Shown: piece after piece, positions 10,328 to 20,839 of the stretch | How positions within the stretch are numbered: the first letter of the stretch is position 1 | How the letters are laid out: the number at the start of each line of letters is the position of its first letter | Origin: Alphaproteobacteria bacterium | Lineage (GTDB): Bacteria; Pseudomonadota; Alphaproteobacteria; UBA828 | Length of the DNA stretch: 64,000 bases | NCBI GenBank assembly: GCA_965214705.1 | Contig: OZ243972.1 | Span: forward strand, 2,560,001-2,624,000 | Reading direction: 5' to 3' | Program-made: the position numbers and the translations under genes | Notes under the pieces: generated by a model | Told to the model about the DNA's origin: nothing | Seen by the model: only the letters and a program-made list of their open reading frames with translations | Database searches by the model: none

Positions 10328-13300
10328 GCATGGCACCCGCCCGCGGCCGGCTCGGGGTCGATGTCGGCGGCACCTTCACCGACCTGCTGCTGGTCGATCC
10401 GGACTCGGCGGGCATGCGCATCGCCAAGGTGCCCTCGACCCCGGCCGACCAATCGGACGGCTTCATGGCGGGCCTCGCCGCGCTCGGAGATGGGACAGCG
10501 GGCGGGTTCGAGACGGTCGTTCACGGCACCACGGTCGGCACCAACGCCGTGCTGGAGCGCAAGGGCGTGCGCTGCGCCCTCGTCACCACCCAGGGCTTTC
10601 GCGACACGCTGGAGCTCGGCCGGCGCACGCGGCCCAACCCGTGGGGCATGTTCGGCAGCTTCGCCCCCATCGTGCCACGCGAGCGCCGCTTCGAGGTGGC
10701 GGAGAGGATCGACGCCTCGGGCGCGGTGGTGACCCCGCTCGACGAAGACGAGGTCCGTGTGGCGGTCGAGGCGGCCCGCGCGGCCGGTGCCGAGGCTTTG
10801 GTCATTCACTTCGTCCACGCCTACCTCAATCCCGATCACGAGCGACGGGCCGGCGCGATTGCCCGTGAGGTCTGGCCCGATGCCCTGATCACGCTGGGCT
10901 CCGACATCTTGCGGGAGGTGCGGGAGTTCGAGCGGGGCAGCACCGCCGCGCTCAACGGCTACATCCAGCCCATCATGACCCGCTATCTCGAACGCATTGC
11001 GGGCCGGCTCAAGACCGGCGCGGTCGAGTCCGAGCTGCTGGTGATGCAGGGCAACGGCGGCATGATGACCGCCGGCATTGCGGGCGAGAAGGCGGTGCAG
11101 ACGGTCATGTCGGGGCCGGCCGCCGGCGTCATCGCCGCTGCCCACCTGGGTGCCGCCGCCGGCTTCCCCAACCTCATCAGCTGCGACATGGGCGGCACCA
11201 GCTTCGACATCGCCATCGTGCAGGGCGGCGTGCCGGCCACCACGACGGAGAAGGACATCGCCTACGGCATGCCGCTTCGCGTGCCGATGGTGGACATTCA
11301 GACCATCGGCGCCGGCGGGGGCAGCATCGCGCGGGTCGACGAGGGCGGCATCCTGCGCGTAGGCCCTGAGAGCGCGGGCGCGGCGCCGGGGCCGATCTGC
11401 TACGGCAGGGGCGGGCAGGAGCCCACGGTGACCGACGCCAATCTGCTGCTCGGCCGCATCGACCCCGGCGCTATCGGCGGCCTGGAGAGCCCACCGGATA
11501 TCGACGAGGTGCGCCGCATCGTCCGCGGGAAGATCGGCGACCCGCTCGGCCTCGACGAGGCGGAGGCGGCGGCCGCGATCCTGCGCGTGGTGGACCATCA
11601 GATGGCGGGCGCGGCGCGGCTGGTCTCCGTGGACAAGGGTCACGACCCGCGCGATTTCGCCCTCTTCGCCTTCGGCGGCGCGGGGCCGATGCACGCCACG
11701 GCCATCGCCCGCGAGCTCGGCGTGCCCCACGTGCTGGTACCGCGCTATCCCGGCATCACGTCGGCGCTCGGCTGCGTGCTGGCCGACGTGCGCCATGACT
11801 TCGTGCGCACCCTACACCAGCCGCTCGAAGACGTGGACCCCGAGGCAGCCGACCGCATCCTGGCGGAGCAGGCGGCGGACGGCCGCACCCTGCTCGCGCA
11901 GGAGGGGGTGACGGTCGCTGCCGTGGAGGTGGAGCGCGAAGCGGACCTCTTCTACCGCGGGCAGAGTCATGTCTTCCGCGTGTCGGTGGGAGACGAGGGC
12001 TTCGACGCGGCGGCTGTCCGCGACGCCTTCGCGGCGCTCTACCGCGAGCGCTTCGACATCGTGCTGCCGGAGATGCAGCCGATCCTGGTCAACCTGCGGA
12101 CCACCGTGCGCGGCATCCGCCCGCCGCTCGACCTCACGCTCTCCGCCGACAGGACCGGGACGACGGTGGAGGCGGCGCTGGTCGAAACCCGCCCGGTCTA
12201 CTTCGACGGCGCCTGGGTCGATACGCCCATTTATCAGCGCGAACGGCTGCCGGCCGAAGCGGCGCTAACCGGGCCTGCGGTCATCCAACAGCTCGACACC
12301 ACGATCCTGGTAGAGCCCGGCTCGCAAGCTCGCTCAGACGCCCTCGGCAACCTTGTCCTTACCGTGCCCCAAGCCAAGGAGGAGGCTCAAGCCGGTGCCG
12401 CCGGCGCTTTCGACCCGGTCACGCTTGCGGTGATCGAGAGCGGCCTGCAGCAGGTCTCGAGCGAGATGGACCTGGTGCACCAGCGCACCTCGTTCTCCCC
12501 GGTGATCTCGGAGGGCTTCGACCGCTCCAACGGCATCTACGATCCCGAAACCGGTCAGATCATCGCGCAGGGCGAGCTCGGCCTGCCCATCTTCCTCGGT
12601 GTCATGCAGTCGACCACCCAGGCGGTGATCGAGGCGCGCGACGACCTGGAACCCGGCGACATCGTGATGGTCAACGACCCCTATTTCGGCGGCACCCATC
12701 TGATGGACGTCAAGATGGTGAAGCCCTTCTTCTACAGGGGCCGGCTCTGGGCCTATCTCTCCAACACCGGCCACTGGCCCGACACCGGCGGCATGGTGCC
12801 GGGCGGTTTTCCCTCCCAGGCTACGGAAATCCAGCAGGAGGGGCTCAGGCTGCCACCGGTGAAGCTCCACCGGCGCGGCGTGCTCGACGACGACATCATG
12901 CAGATCGTGCTCGCCAACATCCGCGTGCCGGAGGAGCGCATCGGCGATATCCGCGCCCAGATCGGCGCGCTCTCGGTCGGCGAGCGGCGCCTTACCCAGC
13001 TTCTGGACAAGCACGGCGAGGAGACCGTGAACGCCGCCATCGAGGTGCTCAAGGAGCGTTCGGAGCGCCGGATGCGCGCTCACATCGCCTCCGTCCCCGA
13101 CGGCGAGTACGTCTTCTCAAGTTATATGGACTCAGACGGCGTCGACGACGCGCCGCTGGAAGTCTGCGCCAGGGTCACGGTGGAGGGCAGCGACCTGAGC
13201 GTGGACTTCTCGGACTCCAGCCCGCTTTGCCGAGGGCCGGTCAACTCGGTCTGGGCGACCACGCTGGCCTCGGTTTACTGCGCGATCAAGCACATCTTCC

Positions 13301-14094
13301 CGGACGTGCCGATCAACGCCGGCTGCTTCCGCCCCATCGCCGTGACGCCGCCGCACGGCACCTTCCTCTATGCCGAATACCCGAGGCCGGTCTCGGGCTG
13401 CGCGGCGGAGACGGCGCAGCGCATCATGGAGGCGGTGTTCGGCGCCATGGGCCAGGCCATGCCGGAACGCATGTTCGCAGCACCCGCCGGCACCAGCGGC
13501 AATTTCAGCCTCGGCGGCGAGGACCCTGCCGAGGGGCGCCGCTACGTCATGTACATCTTCTCGGGCGGCGGCTACGGCGGCTGGTGGGAGGACGACGGCC
13601 TCACCAACGGCTGTTCGTCCGTCGGCATCTCCAAGACCCAGCCGGCGGAAATCCTGGAGCAGCACTACCCGATCCTCTTCGAGGAATACGCGCTGCGCGA
13701 GGGCTCCGGCGGCGCCGGGCGGCATCGGGGCGGGTTCGGCGTGAGCTACCGCGTGCGCCTGCTGCGTGGCGAAGCCAAGGCGTCCTTCATGATGGACCAC
13801 GGCCGCACCGGCCCGCATGGCCTGGCCGGCGGCCTGCCGGGCGCCTGCAACCAAATCGAAGTCCGCCGCGGCAACCAAGTGGAGGAGCCGCCCCATCTCT
13901 CCAAGGGTGAGGGCTACGACTTGAAGCCGGGCGACACGGTGCAGGTGCGAACCCCTGGCGGCGGCGGTCTCGGTGATCCGCGCACCCGCTTGCGTTCGCG
14001 CGTCACCACCGACCTAAGCCGCGGCTACCTGACCGAGGCCGAGGCGGCGCGCGACTACGGCTACGACCCAGGCGCGGACGAGGCAGCGGAATAG
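10324..14094 (+). CDS. Fused hydantoinase A+B / 5-oxoprolinase family ATP-dependent amidohydrolase
   Basis: GVDVGGTFTD, HGTT, DMGGTS, GPESAGA; then B half NDPYFGGTHLMD, GHWPDTGG, TPGGGG; real start 10324. Confidence 0.92.
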   Translation: MSMAPARGRLGVDVGGTFTDLLLVDPDSAGMRIAKVPSTPADQSDGFMAGLAALGDGTAGGFETVVHGTTVGTNAVLERKGVRCALVTTQGFRDTLELGRRTRPNPWGMFGSFAPIVPRERRFEVAERIDASGAVVTPLDEDEVRVAVEAARAAGAEALVIHFVHAYLNPDHERRAGAIAREVWPDALITLGSDILREVREFERGSTAALNGYIQPIMTRYLERIAGRLKTGAVESELLVMQGNGGMMTAGIAGEKAVQTVMSGPAAGVIAAAHLGAAAGFPNLISCDMGGTSFDIAIVQGGVPATTTEKDIAYGMPLRVPMVDIQTIGAGGGSIARVDEGGILRVGPESAGAAPGPICYGRGGQEPTVTDANLLLGRIDPGAIGGLESPPDIDEVRRIVRGKIGDPLGLDEAEAAAAILRVVDHQMAGAARLVSVDKGHDPRDFALFAFGGAGPMHATAIARELGVPHVLVPRYPGITSALGCVLADVRHDFVRTLHQPLEDVDPEAADRILAEQAADGRTLLAQEGVTVAAVEVEREADLFYRGQSHVFRVSVGDEGFDAAAVRDAFAALYRERFDIVLPEMQPILVNLRTTVRGIRPPLDLTLSADRTGTTVEAALVETRPVYFDGAWVDTPIYQRERLPAEAALTGPAVIQQLDTTILVEPGSQARSDALGNLVLTVPQAKEEAQAGAAGAFDPVTLAVIESGLQQVSSEMDLVHQRTSFSPVISEGFDRSNGIYDPETGQIIAQGELGLPIFLGVMQSTTQAVIEARDDLEPGDIVMVNDPYFGGTHLMDVKMVKPFFYRGRLWAYLSNTGHWPDTGGMVPGGFPSQATEIQQEGLRLPPVKLHRRGVLDDDIMQIVLANIRVPEERIGDIRAQIGALSVGERRLTQLLDKHGEETVNAAIEVLKERSERRMRAHIASVPDGEYVFSSYMDSDGVDDAPLEVCARVTVEGSDLSVDFSDSSPLCRGPVNSVWATTLASVYCAIKHIFPDVPINAGCFRPIAVTPPHGTFLYAEYPRPVSGCAAETAQRIMEAVFGAMGQAMPERMFAAPAGTSGNFSLGGEDPAEGRRYVMYIFSGGGYGGWWEDDGLTNGCSSVGISKTQPAEILEQHYPILFEEYALREGSGGAGRHRGGFGVSYRVRLLRGEAKASFMMDHGRTGPHGLAGGLPGACNQIEVRRGNQVEEPPHLSKGEGYDLKPGDTVQVRTPGGGGLGDPRTRLRSRVTTDLSRGYLTEAEAARDYGYDPGADEAAE

Positions 14095-14220
14095 ACCCGA
14101 GAGAAGGTCGCTAGCATCTGCCTGGTGCACTGCACAACGTTGACTCGCACGGCCTTCCTCTCCACACTCCGCCCGCTTGCTGAGGGCCGGCGGCAGAAGC
14201 CGGACGAGGAGGGAGACGGC

Positions 14221-14436
14221 ATGCGCTTTTCCGACAACGGGTATTACATCGAGCGCTACGTGAAGTGCGACAACTGCGGCGTGCTCATCTACGACGAGGG
14301 CATCTCCGCTACGGTGAAGGGCAAGGACCAGCTCTTCTGCTCCGATTGGTGCGTCCAGTGGTTCACGGCGCGGGCCAACGGCGTCGAGCAGCCGCGCATT
14401 CCGCTTCCCAAGCAGGGCATCCACGAGACCGGCTGA
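14221..14436 (+). CDS. Small (71 aa) Zn-finger protein, TRASH/YHS-like CxxC...FCSxxC
   Basis: KCDNCG-x~18-FCSDWC; strong GAGGAGGGAG RBS; inside the hydantoinase cluster. Confidence 0.75.
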   Translation: MRFSDNGYYIERYVKCDNCGVLIYDEGISATVKGKDQLFCSDWCVQWFTARANGVEQPRIPLPKQGIHETG

Positions 14437-14493
14437 GCGCGCGGCACCGCGCAACGCATCCGATCAACCCACCGGCCGACGGGGTAGGGCACC

Positions 14494-16533
14494 ATGAGCG
14501 ATCTGGTCGGGATCGACGTGGGCGGAACCTTCACGGACTTCGTTCGCTACGATCCCGAGACCCAGGCCGTCGACGTCTGGAAAACGCTGTCCACCCCGGC
14601 GGACCCGATCGACGGCATTGTCGACGGGCTGGACCGCTCCGGCGACGTGAGCGGCATCGGCAACATTCGCTTCGGCACCACCATCGCCACCAACGCGATC
14701 CTGGAGCGCAAGGGCGCGACGGTCGCCTACCTGACGACCACCGGGTTTCGCGACGTGCCCTTCATCCAGCGGGGCAAGCGCAAGAGCCATTACGACATCA
14801 CCTGGGTCAAGGCCAAGCCGCTGGTGATGCGGCGCCACTGCTACGAGGTTGACGAGCGAATTCTGGCGCGGGGCGAGGTCTACCACCCGCTCGATACCGA
14901 GCGCGTCCGCGCCATCGCCCGCGAGATCAAGGCCCTCGGTCGTGTCGAGGCAGTCGCCATCAACTTCCTCTTCTCCTTCGTGACGCCCGACCATGAGCGC
15001 ACGGCCCGGCAAATCTTCGCCGAAGAGTGCCCCGACATCCCGGTCAGCATCTCCTATGAGGTGCTGCCCAAGTGGAAGGAGTTCGAGCGCTCGTCCACAA
15101 CCATCACCGACGCCTACATCAAGCCCGTCGTGGGCCACCATCTCGGCGCCATGCGGACGCGGCTCGACGAGAAGGGCATCACCCGCCAGATCGCGGTCAT
15201 CAGATCCAACGGCGGCGAGATGACCCTGGAGGGGGCCGCCCGCCACCCCATTCAGATGACCCTATCAGGCCCAACCGGAGGCGTGGTCGGCGCCAAGCAG
15301 ATCGCCCGCAGCGTCGGCGTCGATCACCTGGTCACCCTCGACATGGGCGGCACATCGACGGATGTCTCCACCGTGGTCGGCGGCAACGAGAGCTTCACCA
15401 CGAGCTTCGAGATCGAGTTCGGCCTGCCGATCCAGATTCCCATGATCGACATCCGCACCATGGGCGCGGGCGGCGGCTCTCTGGCCTGGATCGACAAGGG
15501 CGGCATGCTGCGCATGGGGCCGGAGAGCGCGGGCGCCAATCCGGGGCCTGCCTGCTACGGCCTCGGCGGCACCCAGGCGACCGCGACCGACGCCAACCTC
15601 GTGCTCGGGCGCATCAATCCCGCAAACTTCCTCGGTGGCGCCATGGCGCTCGACGCAGGCGCCGCGTCGAAGGCCATCTCGGAGGTCGCGTCGGCGATCG
15701 ACAGGCCGGTCGAAGCAACCGCGCTCGCCATGGTGCAGATCGCCAACAACAACATGATCGGCGCGCTGCGCTCAGTGCTTACCGAGCGCGGCCTCGACCC
15801 GCGCGACTTCACCCTGCTGGCCTTCGGCGGTGCCGGCCCGGTGCATGTTGCCGATCTCATGGTCCACGCCAATATCCCGAGTGGCATCGTGCCCAACCAT
15901 CCGGGCCAGTTCTCGGCCTTCGGCTTCCTGATGACCGACGCCAGGGTCGACCTGGAGCGGACGGCGCAGATGACCTCGGCAGCCTTCGATGCGGACCATG
16001 CCAACCGCGTGCTCTCGGACCTGATCCGCGAGAGCATCGCCGCGCTCGAGGAGCAGGGCTACACCGAGAACATCGAGATCCACCGCTCGCTGGAGATGCG
16101 CTATCTCGGGCAGAACCACGAGCTCGACGTGCCCATCGCCTTCGACCGCTTCGACGAGAGCACAATGCCGGGGCTGTGGGAGGCATTCCATCGGGCGCAC
16201 CACGACCGCTTCAATTTCGACATTCCCGGCGAGAAGATCGAGATGACCTCGGTCAAGGTTACCGCAGTGTCGGTGACCGACAAGCTGCAGCTTGCCGAGA
16301 TCGGCGAGACCAAAGGCGAGCCGGAGCCGGCGGCCACGCGCCGCGTTCTGTTCGAGGAAGGCTGGGCGGAGACTCCGGTCCACGACCGCGCCCAACTCCG
16401 CGAGGGCCACCGCTTCGAGGGCCCGGCGCTGATCGAGGAACCCGCCTCGGTCACGGTCATCCGCCCCGGCCAGCCGGTGCGCATCGACCGTTACGGCAAT
16501 ATCTTGATCGGCGAGATCGCGCGTCGAGCTTGA
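14494..16533 (+). CDS. Hydantoinase A / oxoprolinase ATP-binding subunit
   Basis: GIDVGGTFTD, GTTIATN, DMGGTSTD, GPESAGANPGP, FGGAG. Confidence 0.93.
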   Translation: MSDLVGIDVGGTFTDFVRYDPETQAVDVWKTLSTPADPIDGIVDGLDRSGDVSGIGNIRFGTTIATNAILERKGATVAYLTTTGFRDVPFIQRGKRKSHYDITWVKAKPLVMRRHCYEVDERILARGEVYHPLDTERVRAIAREIKALGRVEAVAINFLFSFVTPDHERTARQIFAEECPDIPVSISYEVLPKWKEFERSSTTITDAYIKPVVGHHLGAMRTRLDEKGITRQIAVIRSNGGEMTLEGAARHPIQMTLSGPTGGVVGAKQIARSVGVDHLVTLDMGGTSTDVSTVVGGNESFTTSFEIEFGLPIQIPMIDIRTMGAGGGSLAWIDKGGMLRMGPESAGANPGPACYGLGGTQATATDANLVLGRINPANFLGGAMALDAGAASKAISEVASAIDRPVEATALAMVQIANNNMIGALRSVLTERGLDPRDFTLLAFGGAGPVHVADLMVHANIPSGIVPNHPGQFSAFGFLMTDARVDLERTAQMTSAAFDADHANRVLSDLIRESIAALEEQGYTENIEIHRSLEMRYLGQNHELDVPIAFDRFDESTMPGLWEAFHRAHHDRFNFDIPGEKIEMTSVKVTAVSVTDKLQLAEIGETKGEPEPAATRRVLFEEGWAETPVHDRAQLREGHRFEGPALIEEPASVTVIRPGQPVRIDRYGNILIGEIARRA

Positions 16534-16575
16534 CCCCTATCGGAGCCCGCGTGCGGGCGAGGAAAGGAACCGGTC

Positions 16576-18315
16576 ATGGACATGGTTGCGATGAACATCA
16601 TCGAATCCGCCATGATCGCGATCTGCCGCGAGATGGGCGTCAACGTGCAGAAGACCGCCTATTCCACGGTTTTCTCCGAGGCAGAGGACTTCACCTGCGC
16701 GCTGGCCAACACCGAGGGCGAACTGATCGCGGTGGCCGATTTCTGCCCGGCCCAGATTGGTGGCGTGCCGCTGCTCGTCCGCTCGATGGTGAAAGAAATC
16801 TCGCTCTCCGAGATCGACGAGGGCGACGTCATCGTCCACAACGATCCCTACCGCGGCGGCCTGCACACGCCCGAGCACACCATGTTCAAGCCCTACTTCG
16901 TCGATGGCGAGCTGATGGGCTTCGCCGTTGCCATCGGCCACTTCGTCGAGGTGGGCGGCATGGTGCCGGGCGGCTTTCCCGGCGAGGCCACCGAGATCTT
17001 TCATGAAGGCCTGCGTGTACCCCCGGTCAAGATCAAGAAGCGCGGCGAGGATGTGGTCGAGGTCTGGAAGCTGATGCTCGCGAACGTCCGCACGCCGCGC
17101 CAGAACTACGGTGACATTCGGGCGATGATCTCCGCCGTCGATCTCGGCGAAGCCCGGATGAAGGAGCTAATCGGCAGGTACGGCCGCGAGACCTTCCGCC
17201 GCACCGTCACCGACCTCATGGACTATTCCGAGGCCCGGATGCGCGCCGAGATCCGGGCCTTCCCCGATGGCTGCTACCGCTTCGAGGACGCGCTGGAAGA
17301 CGACGGTATCGAGGACAAGGAGTACACCATCCGCTGCGCGGTCCACGTCCAGGGCGACGAGGTGGTGATCGACTACACCGGCTCATCGCCGCAGGCACTG
17401 GGTCCGATCAATGCCACCCTCGGCGTGGCCTGGTCGGCCTCCTACAACGCGATGTTGCACCTGACCGATCAGACGATCCCGAAGAACTCGGGCTGCTTCC
17501 GTCCGATCCGGGTGATTGCGCCCGCCGGCTCGGTGATGAACGTGGACTATCCGGGCTCCGAGGTCGGCGGTAACACCGAGACCCACCCGGTCATCGTCGC
17601 CACCATCCTGGGCGCGATGGCGCCGGCAGCGCCCGACCGCGTGATGGCCTCGGAGGGCACCACGCACGGCTGCCTGGTCTTCGGCGGCTACGATGCGCGC
17701 AACGACGAGCCCTTCGGTGCCCTGGACATTTCCTACGTCGGCTACGGCGGTCGCAGCTTCGCCGATGGCAACGACGCCACCGATTCCATCAACGGCAACT
17801 GCGCCAACACGCCGGTCGAGGTGTTCGAGACCCGCTTCCCGTGGATCGTCGAGGAGTACGGGCTGTGTCCGGATTCGGGCGGGGCCGGCGCTCATCGCGG
17901 CGGCTTGGGCACGTCCAAGACCATGCTTTGCACCGGCGAGTTGATGATCAGCCAGATGACCAACAAGCACAAGAAGACCGCCTGGGGCCTGAACGGCGGC
18001 GCTGATGGCCTGCCCGGTGCTACGCTGTATCAAGGGGAAGGCGCCAATCGTTGGACCACGGTCGGCGAGGCCTTCGGCAAGGTCTCGACCACCAAGTACT
18101 CGAACGTGCCGATCCGCCCCGGCGAGCGGGTCTCGGTCAAGGTGCCGGGCGGTGGCGGCTATGGCGAGCCGCGCGAGCGCGATCCCCGTGCTGTGGTGGA
18201 GGACGTGCTGGAGGGTTACGTCAGCGCCGAGGCTGCGGCGCGGGACTACGGCTACGATCCGTCCTGGATCGCGCGCTATGGTAAGGATACGCCGCTGCCG
18301 GAGGCGGCTGAATAA
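16576..18315 (+). CDS. Hydantoinase B / oxoprolinase subunit, copy 1
   Basis: NDPYRGGLHTPE, GHFVEVGG, HEGLRVPP, DSGGAG, PGGGGYG. Confidence 0.93.
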   Translation: MDMVAMNIIESAMIAICREMGVNVQKTAYSTVFSEAEDFTCALANTEGELIAVADFCPAQIGGVPLLVRSMVKEISLSEIDEGDVIVHNDPYRGGLHTPEHTMFKPYFVDGELMGFAVAIGHFVEVGGMVPGGFPGEATEIFHEGLRVPPVKIKKRGEDVVEVWKLMLANVRTPRQNYGDIRAMISAVDLGEARMKELIGRYGRETFRRTVTDLMDYSEARMRAEIRAFPDGCYRFEDALEDDGIEDKEYTIRCAVHVQGDEVVIDYTGSSPQALGPINATLGVAWSASYNAMLHLTDQTIPKNSGCFRPIRVIAPAGSVMNVDYPGSEVGGNTETHPVIVATILGAMAPAAPDRVMASEGTTHGCLVFGGYDARNDEPFGALDISYVGYGGRSFADGNDATDSINGNCANTPVEVFETRFPWIVEEYGLCPDSGGAGAHRGGLGTSKTMLCTGELMISQMTNKHKKTAWGLNGGADGLPGATLYQGEGANRWTTVGEAFGKVSTTKYSNVPIRPGERVSVKVPGGGGYGEPRERDPRAVVEDVLEGYVSAEAAARDYGYDPSWIARYGKDTPLPEAAE

Positions 18316-18345
18316 CCCGAACGGGGACAGAGAAAGGAACCCGTC

Positions 18346-20085
18346 ATGGACATGGTCACGATGAACATCATCGAATCCGCCATGGTCGCGATTTGTCGCG
18401 AGATGGGCGTCAACGTGCAGAAGACGGCCTACTCCACGATCTTCTCGGAGGCCGAGGACTTCACCTGCGCGCTGGCCAACACCGAAGGAGAGATGATCGC
18501 CGTGGCCGAGTTTTGTCCGGCGCAGATCGGCGGCGTGCCCCTGCTGGTTCGCTCGATGGTGAAGGAGATTTCTCTCTCCGAGATCGACGAGGGCGATGTC
18601 ATCGTCCACAACGACCCCTACCGGGGCGGCCTGCACACGCCCGAGCACACCATGTTCAAGCCAATCTTCGTCGATGGCGAGTTGATGGGCTTCGCCGTCG
18701 CCATCGGCCATTTCGTCGAAGTCGGCGGCATGGTGCCGGGCGGCTTTCCAGGCGAGGCCACAGAGATCTTCCACGAGGGCCTGCGCGTGCCTCCGGTCAA
18801 GATCAAGAAGCGCGGCGAGGACGTGGTCGAGGTCTGGAAGCTGATGCTCGCGAACGTCCGCACGCCGCGTCAGAACTACGGCGACATCAGGGCGATGATC
18901 TCCGCCGTCGATCTCGGCGAAGCGCGGATGAAGGAGCTGATCGGCAAGTACGGACGCGAGACCTTCCAGCGCACCGTCATCGACCTGATGGACTACTCCG
19001 AAGCCCGGATGCGGGCCGAGATCCGGGCCTTCCCTGACGGCTGCTACCGCTTCGAGGACGGGCTGGAAGACGACGGCATAGAGGACAAGGAGTACACCAT
19101 CCGCTGCGCGGTCCACGTCCAGGGCGACGAGGTGGTGATCGACTACACCGGTTCCTCGCCGCAGGCGCTGGGTCCGATCAACGCCACACTTGGCGTGGCC
19201 TGGTCGGCCTCCTACAACGCGATGCTGCACCTGACCGACCAGACGATCCCGAAGAACTCCGGCTGCTTCCGCCCGATCCGGGTGATTGCGCCGGCCGGCT
19301 CCGTGATGAACGTTGACTATCCGGGTTCCGAGGTCGGCGGCAACACCGAGACCCATCCCCTCATCGTCGCCATCATCCTGGGCGCGATGGCGCCGGCGGC
19401 GCCCGATCGCGTGATGGCCTCGGAAGGCACCACCCACGGTTGCTTCGTCTTCGGCGGCTACGATGAGCGCAACGACGAGCCCATCGGCGCCTTCGACTTC
19501 TCCTATGTCGGCTATGGTGGGCGCAGCTTCGCAGACGGCAACGACGCCACGGATTCGATCAACGGCAACTGCGCCAACACGCCGACCGAGGTGTTCGAAA
19601 CCCGCTTCCCGTGGATCGTGGAGGAATATGCGCTGCGCCCGGATTCGGGCGGCGCCGGCGCCCATCGCGGCGGTCTGAGCATCTCCAAGACCATGCTCTG
19701 CACCGGCGATGTGATGATCAGCCAGATGACCAACAAGCATAAGAAGGTGGCCTGGGGTCTGAACGGCGGCGGCGAAGGCATTGCGGGTGCCACGCTCTAT
19801 CAGGAGGAGGGCGCCAATCGCTGGACCACGGTGGGCGAGGCCTTCGGCAAGGTCTCGACCACCAAGTACTCGAACGTACCGATCCGCCCCGGCGAACGGG
19901 TCTCGGTCAAGGCGCCGGGTGGCGGCGGCTACGGCGAGCCCCGCGAGCGCGACCCGCGAGCGGTGGTAGAGGACGTGCTGGAGGGTTACGTCAGCGCCGA
20001 GGCAGCGGCGCGGGACTACGGCTACGAGCCAGCCTGGGTCGCGCGCTACGGGGAGGACGCGCCGCTGCCGGAGGCGGCTGAATAG
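18346..20085 (+). CDS. Hydantoinase B / oxoprolinase subunit, copy 2
   Basis: Same length (579 aa) and motifs as copy 1; about 36 substitutions by my count. Confidence 0.93.
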   Translation: MDMVTMNIIESAMVAICREMGVNVQKTAYSTIFSEAEDFTCALANTEGEMIAVAEFCPAQIGGVPLLVRSMVKEISLSEIDEGDVIVHNDPYRGGLHTPEHTMFKPIFVDGELMGFAVAIGHFVEVGGMVPGGFPGEATEIFHEGLRVPPVKIKKRGEDVVEVWKLMLANVRTPRQNYGDIRAMISAVDLGEARMKELIGKYGRETFQRTVIDLMDYSEARMRAEIRAFPDGCYRFEDGLEDDGIEDKEYTIRCAVHVQGDEVVIDYTGSSPQALGPINATLGVAWSASYNAMLHLTDQTIPKNSGCFRPIRVIAPAGSVMNVDYPGSEVGGNTETHPLIVAIILGAMAPAAPDRVMASEGTTHGCFVFGGYDERNDEPIGAFDFSYVGYGGRSFADGNDATDSINGNCANTPTEVFETRFPWIVEEYALRPDSGGAGAHRGGLSISKTMLCTGDVMISQMTNKHKKVAWGLNGGGEGIAGATLYQEEGANRWTTVGEAFGKVSTTKYSNVPIRPGERVSVKAPGGGGYGEPRERDPRAVVEDVLEGYVSAEAAARDYGYEPAWVARYGEDAPLPEAAE

Positions 20086-20105
20086 CCCGAGCGGGGGCCG
20101 GGGAG

Positions 20106-20723
20106 ATGGCCGCGACCGACGGGGGCGACGAGGCGGCTCAAGCGACCATTACAATCAAGAAGTACGCGAACCGCCGGCTCTACAACACCGCCACCAGCAG
20201 CTATGTGACCCTCGACGACCTCTGCGACATGGTGCGGAACGGCCAGGACTTCGTGGTCCGCGATGCGAAGTCCGGCGACGATATCACCCGCCAGGTGCTG
20301 ACCCAGATCATCGTCGAGCAGGAAGCCAAGGGACAGAACATGCTGCCGCTCAGCTTCCTGCGGCAGCTGATCCAGCTTTACGGCGACAACGTCCAGGCGT
20401 TCGTCCCCCGTTATCTCGAAGTCGCCATGGAGACCTTCGCGCGCAATCAGGGAGACATGCGCAAGCGGATGAACGACAGCTTCGGCGGCATGTTCCCGGT
20501 CGACGAGTTCGAGGCCATGGCCGAGCGCAACATGGCGCTGATGCAGCGCACCATGGAGATGTTCTCGGGCTATCCCGCGGGCGAGCGTCGAGAGGAGCCG
20601 AAGCCCGATGGAGACGGCGACGAGTCGGTCGATGTCGGCGCCGTCCTCGACAGGCTCGACAAGATGCAGGCCCAGCTCGACGCTCTGAGCGGGCGCGGCA
20701 GCAAGGGCGCGGACGACGACTGA
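20106..20723 (+). CDS. phaR: Polyhydroxyalkanoate synthesis repressor
   Basis: IKKYANRRLYNTATSSYVTL, DITRQVLTQII, FLRQLIQLYG. Confidence 0.95.
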   Translation: MAATDGGDEAAQATITIKKYANRRLYNTATSSYVTLDDLCDMVRNGQDFVVRDAKSGDDITRQVLTQIIVEQEAKGQNMLPLSFLRQLIQLYGDNVQAFVPRYLEVAMETFARNQGDMRKRMNDSFGGMFPVDEFEAMAERNMALMQRTMEMFSGYPAGERREEPKPDGDGDESVDVGAVLDRLDKMQAQLDALSGRGSKGADDD

Positions 20724-20839
20724 CCACGCGTGACGCATTCGTGCCACGACCAGCCACACTTGCCTTTGGCCTCGGTTGCTCCGACGGCGTTCGCGCCCGT
20801 ACCATCCCGCCATCGATCACCCGACAGGCGAGGACTGGG

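Larger units (their letters stand above)
16562..20085 (+). repeat. Tandem gene duplication, ~1.77 kb unit including RBS
   Basis: GAAAGGAACC(G/C)GTCATGGACATGG precedes both copies; both end CCGCTGCCGGAGGCGGCTGAATA. Confidence 0.92.

Noticed and set aside
17383-19740. 785-aa minus-strand ORF with an internal repeat
   Set aside because: Antisense shadow of the duplicated B genes
16576-20085. Duplicated B genes as a DGR template/variable repeat pair, or as a simple assembly duplicate
   Set aside because: Differences are not adenine-specific, both copies are full genes with many synonymous changes, and the RTs in the window are intron-type
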